58,661 nt of DNA from an uncultured Acidobacteriota bacterium (lineage in GTDB: Bacteria; Acidobacteriota; Polarisedimenticolia; J045): NCBI GenBank assembly GCA_963702425.1, contig CAVPCQ010000034.1, positions 1 through 58,661 of the forward strand, given 5' to 3'. The translations under genes and the position numbers were made by a program. Shown here piece after piece: positions 51,948 to 58,661 of this stretch. Positions within the stretch are counted from its first letter, which is position 1; each line of letters starts with the position of its first letter. The notes below the pieces were generated by a model. The model made no database searches. It was given only the letters and a program-made list of their open reading frames with translations, and was not told the origin of the DNA.

Positions 51948-52355
51948 GTGCCGACGCGGCTCCGTCGACGGGTGCGGCGCGCGGTCGAGCCGCTCCATTT
52001 CGGGATCGCGTTCAGCCTGGCGGCGCGGCTCGACGGGCCGTGGTCGCTCGACCACGGCGGGACCCGGATCGCGCCGGCGGAGGCGGTTCGGCTGGCCGAG
52101 CTGCACCTAGCCGAAGTGCTGACGCTGTGGGCCGGGCTCACCGCCGCGGCGCGCCGCCGGCTGGCGACCCCGTCGCCGAAGCGGCCGGCTGAGGCCCTGG
52201 CCGATGACGCGCTGTGGGCGGCCGGAGACCGGCTGCCGTGGGCCGTACGCGAGGCGCTGGGCCGGCGCTGTCCGTCGACCCGGCGCGGTATCGAAACGCT
52301 CTTGGAGCGGTACGGCGTCTCGCTGGCGCCTGCCGGCCGGAAGGAGTTGAAGTGA
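51948..52355 (+). CDS. Hypothetical protein of the element
   Basis: Open frame coupled to terS and to the next gene; no recognised motif. Confidence 0.45.
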   Translation: MPTRLRRRVRRAVEPLHFGIAFSLAARLDGPWSLDHGGTRIAPAEAVRLAELHLAEVLTLWAGLTAAARRRLATPSPKRPAEALADDALWAAGDRLPWAVREALGRRCPSTRRGIETLLERYGVSLAPAGRKELK

Positions 52356-52659
52356 AACCCGAGAACGCGATGACCTGGCCGTCGCCCGAGCGCGTCTCCG
52401 CCATCGCCGAGTTGGCGATCGCGGGGTGCCACCCCCAGGGGCCGCAGGGGCGCTCCGGCGGCCTTTGAGCGTGACCGGGGCCTGCGCCCTGCTCGCGCAC
52501 CTCGCCGCGCTCCTGGCGGACGCTGCGCGGTCTGGGGAGGCCGAGGTAGCGCTGCTGGCGGGGACCGTCGCCCCGCTGCTGCGGGCTTCGTCCGACTTAC
52601 TCGACGAGGCGGTTACTGAATTGGAACGTCGAGCGGCTGCGGCCGCTGAGGCGAGTTGA
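52352..52659 (+). CDS. Hypothetical helical protein (one apparent frameshift)
   Basis: AAGGAG RBS, GTGA overlap with the previous gene, Ala/Leu-rich helical C-terminus. Confidence 0.4.
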
Positions 52660-52733
52660 CCCCGGACCGATAGAGACGGCGCGTGCACGCGCCACTAGAG
52701 CCCGGTGCACCGGGCAGAAAACGGAGACAGGAA

Positions 52734-54012
52734 ATGCCGTACCCGAACAAAAGGGCCTGGTCGAGCGGTCGCTGGAGACCATCCTCGACGGCCAGAAGAA
52801 GTCGCTGGACCGGATCGCCGAGTTGGACGAGCGGGTGTCGCACATCGAGGGCCGGGCGAAGGGCGGGAGCGGGATCGAGTTCGCGGCAGCCCGGCCGACG
52901 CGTTGCCGGCGCGGCAGCGCGACCTGGTCCGGCTGTACGCCCGGATGGGTGCCAAGGACCCGGCGCGGGCCGCGGCCTGTGAGGGCTGGCTCAAGAATCA
53001 CCTCAAGATGCAGCTTCCGGCCTTCGCGGCGGGGCTGGCGCAGTTCGCGGCCGAGAACGCGAAGTTGGCCGAAGCGCTGGGAGAGCAGAAGGCGTACTTG
53101 AACGAGAACACCGGCTCCCAGGGCGCGTTCGGGGTGCCGCAGAACGTCGAAGCCGAAATCTTCCGCGTGATCGAGGACAACAGCGTAGTCCGTCGCGTCG
53201 CGCGGCGGCTGGCGGTCTCGACGAAGCGGACGGCGCTCGTCAACGTCGCGTCCAACGTCACGACCTACGTCCTCGACGAGCTTGGCGCTTCGATCACGGC
53301 CGGCGAGCCGACCTTCGGTTCGGCGACTCTCAACGTGAAGGACTACGTTGCTTACGGCAACTGCTCCATCGACGTGCTGCAAGACGAGGTAGTCGGCCTG
53401 CTCAACTTCTTCGCGACCAACGCGGGCGAGATGATCGCTGCGAAAGAGGACAACCTCGCGCTTGAGGGCACGACGACGGACACCGTCGTGGGGCTCGGCT
53501 CGCAGACCACGACGAACGTCTACACGGTCGCCCGGATCTACACGCAGGTGCTCACGTCGGCGACGAACAGCCCGCAGATTCCGACGCTCGCGCAGTTCTC
53601 CAACGCGATCTACGGCATGGCGCAGAAGTCTTCTCGCATCGGGACTTCCGCGTTCTTCATGCGGCCCGGGACGTGGGGCGCCATCGCCTCGCAGGTGACC
53701 ACGAGCTTCCCGCTGATCGGGCCGGCCGGCTGGTTCGGTCAGCCGGCACCGCAGGACCCGCGGGCCGACGGCAGCTTGTTCGGATACCCGGTTTACTGCA
53801 CGCCGCAGATCGCGACGTCGACGGCCGGCTCGAACATCTACTTCGGCGACTTCAAGAACATGGTCTTCGGCGATCGGACGGGCGTCGACTTCGGGATCAC
53901 CGACGCTGAGAAGTTCCAGTACGGCCTCATCTCGCTGCGCGTCATCAAGCGCACCGGAATCGTGGTCGCGAACGCGCACGCGTTCTCCATGATGCAGAAG
54001 GCGACGTACTAG
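52734..54012 (+). CDS. HK97-fold major capsid protein with an N-terminal coiled-coil (two apparent -1 indels in the first 160 nt)
   Basis: GAFGVPQNVEAEIFRVIEDNSVVRRVA, EPTFGSATLN, EDNLALEG, FFMRPGTW, SLFGYPVYCT, IYFGDFKNMVFGDRTG. Confidence 0.88.
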
Positions 54013-54129
54013 CAGCGGGGTCCAAACGCGTCGCGGGTCCGCTGCCGGGTCGTGTCCCCGCATTCGCCCGTGACGCACCCGCCGGCGGCCGGTCCATTCA
54101 ACCGGCCGCCGGCATCTCCGGAGGCTTCC

Positions 54130-54681
54130 ATGAGCGTGACGCTGCGCAAGGTCAGGATGGCGACCGAGTTGTATCGGCTCGGCGTCAGCCGCTACACCCT
54201 GCCGAGTCTCGACCAGCCGGCCGGCGAGGACCCGGACGGCCCGACGATCGGGGAAGTCGCGCTGACCGACCCGCGGCCGTCGCCCGAAGCGGAGGCTGTC
54301 GCGGCCGATCTGCGCCGGCGGCTCGCGGACCGGATGTTGTCGCGTTTGAACGAACAGCAGAAGGCGGCGGTCGGGCTGCATCTCGCCGGCTGGACGCACG
54401 CAGACATCGGCCGGGCTTTCGGGTTCAGCCGTTCGCGTGCGGCGCAGGTAGTGGCCGGCGCGGCCGCGGTGCTGGCGGCCGAGGACTGGCCGGCGCCGCC
54501 GCCGAATCCGCCCGGCCGGCCGCGTCGCGAGCGTACTCCGGACGAGGAGCTTCGCGAGCGGCTGGTCGCGACGTGGCACGCGCTGCGCGGAGATGGGCTG
54601 CTGAGCGACGAGCGCGAGCGGCTCGAAATCGAGCTGTCCGAGCTTCGCCGGCAGATCCAAGCGGCCGAGAAGTCGCCATGA
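54130..54681 (+). CDS. Sigma70 region-4-like HTH regulator
   Basis: SLDQPAGEDPDGPTIGE, LSRLNEQQKAAVGLHLAGWTHADIGRAFGFSRSRAAQ. Confidence 0.7.
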   Translation: MSVTLRKVRMATELYRLGVSRYTLPSLDQPAGEDPDGPTIGEVALTDPRPSPEAEAVAADLRRRLADRMLSRLNEQQKAAVGLHLAGWTHADIGRAFGFSRSRAAQVVAGAAAVLAAEDWPAPPPNPPGRPRRERTPDEELRERLVATWHALRGDGLLSDERERLEIELSELRRQIQAAEKSP

Positions 54682-54854
54682 CCGCGCCGGCGCCGACGAT
54701 CTGGATTCGCTGGATCTCACCGCCGGCCGCTTCGGCGACGGGCTCACCGCCGCGGCGCGCCGCGGGTGGTCGCGGAGGTCTTCATCTCGCGCGGGGACGC
54801 GCTGCCGATGCTGGAGTGCGAGGTCCCGGCGGAAGCGAAGAGACGGAGGACGGC

Positions 54855-55232
54855 GTGAGCTACCAGTTGAAGTTCGACATGGCGAATCCGTCGTGGGACG
54901 CTGGCTTCGACGCGCTCCGCGACTTCCTGATCGACCACGAGAAGCAAGCGTGCATCTCGCTCGACACCGTCGATCGGTGGCACCGCCAGACTCCCGGGCG
55001 TTCGGAGTGGCTATTCCGCAAGACTCGGGAGCGTTTCGAGGAGGGCGCCGACTTCCTCCGCGACGAAGACGGGACGGTGTACCTGACACCCGCCGGCTAC
55101 CTGGTGCTGATCTTCAACTACCAAGACGAGATTGCGTGGTTGTTGCACCGGGAGATGGTCGACGCGATGCAGCGAGCGAAAGCATGGCGCTATCTCGGGC
55201 AGTTCTTCCCGCTTGAGGACGGCGCGTCATGA
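54855..55232 (+). CDS. ORF6N-like (phage antirepressor-type) DNA-binding domain protein
   Basis: ISLDTVDRWH...RERFEEGADF...YLTPAGYLVL...DEIAWLLHREMVD; GGAGG RBS. Confidence 0.65.
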   Translation: MSYQLKFDMANPSWDAGFDALRDFLIDHEKQACISLDTVDRWHRQTPGRSEWLFRKTRERFEEGADFLRDEDGTVYLTPAGYLVLIFNYQDEIAWLLHREMVDAMQRAKAWRYLGQFFPLEDGAS

Positions 55233-55549
55233 CCGATCTCCGCCAGCCGTTCGCGCTGTTGGCGTCGGTTAGGCGCGGGCTCGAAGCGGTTCAGTGGCTC
55301 CGCGAGCACAACCTGCCGGTGCCGCAGGAGCACGTCGAGCTGGTCGCGCTGATCGCTGGCGAGCGCCGCATCGCCGCGTTTCGCAAGCTCGGGCGGTCGC
55401 ACATCCCGGTGACGGTGATCGACATCGAGGCGATCGCCCGCGGAGAACGTGACGAGAACGTGTGTCGCAAGGACTTCGCTCCGACTGAGGCCTACGAGAT
55501 CCGAAGGCCGTCGAGAAGGAAGAGGCAAGGCTGGCCGCGCTGCGGATGA
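55229..55549 (+). CDS. ParB/Srx N-terminal-domain protein (partial or frameshifted)
   Basis: LIAGERRIAAFRKLGRSHIPVTVI...ERDENVCRKDFAPTE. Confidence 0.7.
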   Translation: MTDLRQPFALLASVRRGLEAVQWLREHNLPVPQEHVELVALIAGERRIAAFRKLGRSHIPVTVIDIEAIARGERDENVCRKDFAPTEAYEIRRPSRRKRQGWPRCG

Positions 55550-55951
55550 AGGCGGTAAACCCTCCGCAAACTTTGCGGAGGGTGGAGAGCCTGGAGAGGC
55601 GCGACAGAAGGCGGCGAAGGCGACGGGACCCCTGAAAATGTCCGACGACGGACATTTTCGACGCTCACCATGCCCATCAGTTCCCGCATCTGTAGAGGCG
55701 GGACCTCATCCGATCCGGGGCCCCCTTGACTCCGGGAGCCGGGGAGCGTATCCCTTCCCTCGCCTTGAAAAAGGCGGGACCGCCGCCCGGTGGAACGGAC
55801 GACGGCCCCTAAGCTCACGGGAGCCGAGGCCCCCGATGAACCTGCTGCACAGCCTACCAAAAGCCCGCACGTCGGGCACCTGTTTACCCCCACTAACCGG
55901 GGTCTCGGTTCCCTCCATTCAGCGCGGCCGATCCGCGCACGGAGGGGAACC

Positions 55952-56125
55952 ATGAATCGAGAAGAACGAAGGCACCTCGCGGCGATGTTGAAGGTCTTGG
56001 CCGAAGAGTTGAGCCACATCGTCAAGCTGCTCGACCGAGCCGAAGAGGGCCGTGTCGCGGCGCGGGTGCTCGTGGCCCGTCGCAACCTCGAGGACGCCTG
56101 CATCAGGCTGCTGGAGGCCCAGTGA
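55952..56125 (+). CDS. Small hypothetical protein
   Basis: GGAGG RBS, MNREERRHLAAMLKVLAEEL..., coupled to the next gene. Confidence 0.5.
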   Translation: MNREERRHLAAMLKVLAEELSHIVKLLDRAEEGRVAARVLVARRNLEDACIRLLEAQ

Positions 56126-56358
56126 GCGCCGCGGTGGTGACGCTGCTGTTCATCGTCGCCGGCCTGCTCGTCGCGGCGATCGGGACGGCCTGCCACGCCT
56201 GGTCGATGGCGGTCAAGGCGTCGGAGGATGTCTTCCGCATGGAGCGGCTGTTGCGGACCCGAGAGACGAAGGACCTGCGGGACGCGCGGCGGGCAGAGAT
56301 CGCCGCGGCCGAAGCGGAAGTCGCCGCGTGGTGGCAGGGCTACCAGAGGGGGGCGTGA
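56122..56358 (+). CDS. Small single-TM protein
   Basis: Hydrophobic N-terminus, GTGA overlap with the previous gene. Confidence 0.5.
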   Translation: MSAAVVTLLFIVAGLLVAAIGTACHAWSMAVKASEDVFRMERLLRTRETKDLRDARRAEIAAAEAEVAAWWQGYQRGA

Positions 56359-56461
56359 TGGCGACGCTCACGATCACCGTACCCGACACCCTGGCCGCGC
56401 TGCCGGCGGACCGGCTGGACGCGATCCTCGGCGCCGTCGCGGCCATGATCCGACGGTCGCA

Positions 56462-57342
56462 CTAGCACTGCCGCGCGGCCAGCTCCAGCGCCAGCGGCAG
56501 CCCCTCCACCAGCGCCACCACCTCCCGGCCGGCCGGCTCGTAGCCGTCCAGCGGCCCCAGGAAGTTCGCCAGCAGATCGAGCGCCTCGGCCTCCGGCAGC
56601 GCGTCCAGCCGCTCCACGGCGCCGCACAGCGCCCCACACAGCGCGGCGTCGCGGCTGGTGACGATGAGAGCACGCTCGGCGGGCAGCACCGCGCGGCACA
56701 GCCAGCGGCCCAGCTCGACGTCCCACAGGTCGTCGAGCACCACCAGCAGCCGGCCCTGGCCGGCGAGCGCGGCCCGGAGGATGGCCCCGCGGCGGTCGAT
56801 GTCCGGCTCGTCCTTGAGGTCGAGGCCCAGGTCGAGCGCCAGCCGGCCCGCGAGATCGGCGGGCTGGGAGGCCCACCCCACGTGGAGCCACAGCACGCCG
56901 CCGGGGAAGCGGCCGGCCAGGTCGCGGCCGAGCTTCTGCGCCACGGTGGTCTTGCCGACGCCGCCCATGCCCTGCACCGCGGCGCTGATGGCCACGTCAT
57001 CCCCGGCCAGCAGCCGGCCGGTCAGGCGGCCGAGCACGGCGGTGCGGCCCACGAAGGTGTCGGGTGGCGGCGGGGCCACGAAGCGGGGGCGGGGTGCGGC
57101 CGCGTGCTGCCGGAGGTGCGCCGCGGGCTGGCCGGGCCGCGCTTCTTCGAGCGCGGCCCACAGCTCGGGGAACCTGCCGTGGCGCTCGCAGTAGTCGAGG
57201 AGCAGTTGGATCTTCTGGCCTTGGTCATGCCCGTGGTGAAGCTGCCGTAGACCGGCCGGAAGTGATCGGAGCAAAGGGCGTTCAGTTCTTCGTCATCGTA
57301 CGCGGCCATGAGGTAGTCACGGATCGTGGCGCTAGCAGGCAT
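56462..57342 (-). pseudogene. Effector-associated-domain (EAD-like) plus NB-ARC STAND NTPase, truncated after GLPLA and frameshifted near 57220
   Basis: IRDYLMAAYDDEELNALCSDHF...KIQLLLDYCERHGR; FVGR, Walker A GMGGVGKTT, Walker B LLVVLDDLWD, LIVTSRD, GLPLALEL, then a stop. Confidence 0.85.
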
Positions 57343-57394
57343 CGGCAGCTCCCTTTACGTGTCGTTGGCATCGATTGTAGCACACCGAAGGTCG

Positions 57395-57627
57395 AATGTG
57401 AAATGTGAAATGTGGAATGTACGATGTACGATGTACGATGTGAAATGGCGAATGTGGGATGGCGAATCGAAAATCGCAAAATCACAAATCGCAAATCACT
57501 CAGAATGACGCGCTCCCCCAACGCACCACGCAACGACCCGCAGGTCGCCGCACCACGCCTTCGTCACATTCCAGATTCCACATTCCACATTCCACATCCA
57601 ACATCGCACATCCAACATCGTACATCC
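57395..57627. repeat. Heptamer tandem-repeat tracts arranged as an imperfect inverted pair
   Basis: (AATGTGA/GATGTAC)n 57395-57445, (AAATCGC)n 57464-57496, (CCACATT/CAACATC)n 57565-57627. Confidence 0.85.
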
Positions 57628-57701
57628 AAGACAGATCGTACAAACTCAACAACCAAAACCATTGACAGACCCTCAAGTTTGCACGATGATGGTCCAGAAC
57701 T

Positions 57702-58635
57702 ATGGTTACCCTACCTGATCGAATCCGACTATTGGCGCATCCGCAACTTCCTCCGCGAGGTCTTCCTGCTTAACGGCCGGCTCGAACATAGCTGGCATGT
57801 GGCGCGGCTCGATCACTGGCGCTACCACCACATCCGGACCTGCCAGGTTTGTGCACCGTTCGAGCAAGTGACCGCGGCCTGGGAGTCGCCGGACGGGCAG
57901 ATCGCAGCCGTCGTGCACCCCATCGGTGGCGGCGAGATCCGCCTGCACGTCCATCCCCGCTTCCGCACCCCGGAGCTGGAAGACGAGATCTTTGCCTATG
58001 CCGAGGAGCAGTACGCGGAGCGGCCGGCAAACGGGAACCATTTCATGGTTGTGCCGGTCTTCGCGGATGATGTCCTCCGCCGGCAAGTCCTGACCCGCCG
58101 GGGATCATCAAATACCCCGGCGGGGGCTGCCACTGGCGGCGCGACCTGGCCGCGCCGCTGCCTGAGGCGCCGGTTCCGGACGGGTACACCATCCGCTCGA
58201 TGGGTCCGCTCGCCGAACATCCCACGCGCAGTTGGGCTTCGTGGCACGCGTTTCACGCCGGCGAACCGGACGAGAACTACGAAGGGTTCGCCTGGTACCG
58301 GAACATCCAATCCGCCCCGCTCTATCGCCACGACCTGGACATCGTCGCGGCCGCGGCCAACGGGGAGATTGCCGCCTTCTGCACGATCTCCTACGACGAT
58401 GCCACCCGCAGCGCCGTGACCGTGATGGTGGGGACTGCGGCCGAACACTGGCGCCGCGGCTTGGGCAAGGCCGTCATGCTCGAGGGGATGCGGCGGCTCG
58501 TGCAGATGGGCTGCACGCGCGTCTTTTTCGACCGCCACCGAGGAACCCGCCGGCGCCCTGTACCGTTCGGTGCACCAGGCGATGAAGGTGACGGATACCT
58601 GGATAAAAGAGTGGGCAGGGGTCAGGGGGCAGTGA
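57702..58635 (+). CDS. GNAT-family N-acetyltransferase (several apparent frameshifts)
   Basis: DYWRIRNFLREVF, LHVHPRFR, YRHDLDIVAAAANGEIAAFCTI, motif A EHWRRGLGKAVMLEGMRRL. Confidence 0.8.
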
Positions 58636-58661
58636 TCAGTGGGCAGGGGGCAGGGGTCAGG

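Larger units (their letters stand above)
48560..56465 (+). mobile_element. tRNA-integrated phage-satellite-like element (right end and integrase not seen)
   Basis: Co-oriented, mostly translationally coupled phage-type genes: Xis, DUF3102, Rep-like, TerS, capsid, sigma-like, ORF6N, ParB-like; no TerL, portal or tail. Confidence 0.75.

Noticed and set aside
48560-56465. Complete prophage or cf-PICI
   Set aside because: No large terminase, portal, prohead protease, head-tail connector, tail or lysis genes are recognisable.

Overview
High-GC (about 70% by eye) bacterial window. The style of the secreted proteins suggests an Acidobacteriota-like host (inference). 1-31.9 kb is mostly chromosomal: an RRE/PqqD-like-TPR-M50-HlyD fusion, an OmpA lipoprotein, carbamate kinase, a B12 radical SAM enzyme, Nudix CoA pyrophosphatase, Hsp33, a large HNH protein, tRNA-Ala(GGC), an S8 protease, tRNA-Gln(CUG) with glnS, several toxin-antitoxin islets, a glyoxylate-shunt operon (malate synthase plus long ICL2-type isocitrate lyase) and an MBOAT/SGNH/sulfatase-like cluster. 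31.9-48.1 kb is an accessory block bracketed by two homologous transposase scars. It holds an Asp-box propeller protein, an M64 peptidase between two IS91-like end fragments, a Gram-negative sortase with its VIT-vWA substrate behind a sigma54 promoter, a divergent NtrY/NtrX-like pair, and a complete group II intron. From about 48.5 kb, a 5' half of tRNA-Gln(UUG) is joined to a terminator and arm-like repeats. An ~8 kb phage-satellite-like element follows (Xis, DUF3102, Rep-like, P27 TerS, HK97 capsid, sigma-like regulator, ORF6N, ParB-like), with no TerL, portal, tail or integrase visible. This is the best candidate for an undescribed system. The last 2.2 kb (EAD-NB-ARC fragment, heptamer repeats, GNAT) looks foreign and may be chimeric. 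Single-base frameshifts in glnS and arcC suggest indel errors, so several apparent pseudogenes may be intact. All family calls are motif recognition by eye; no searches were run.
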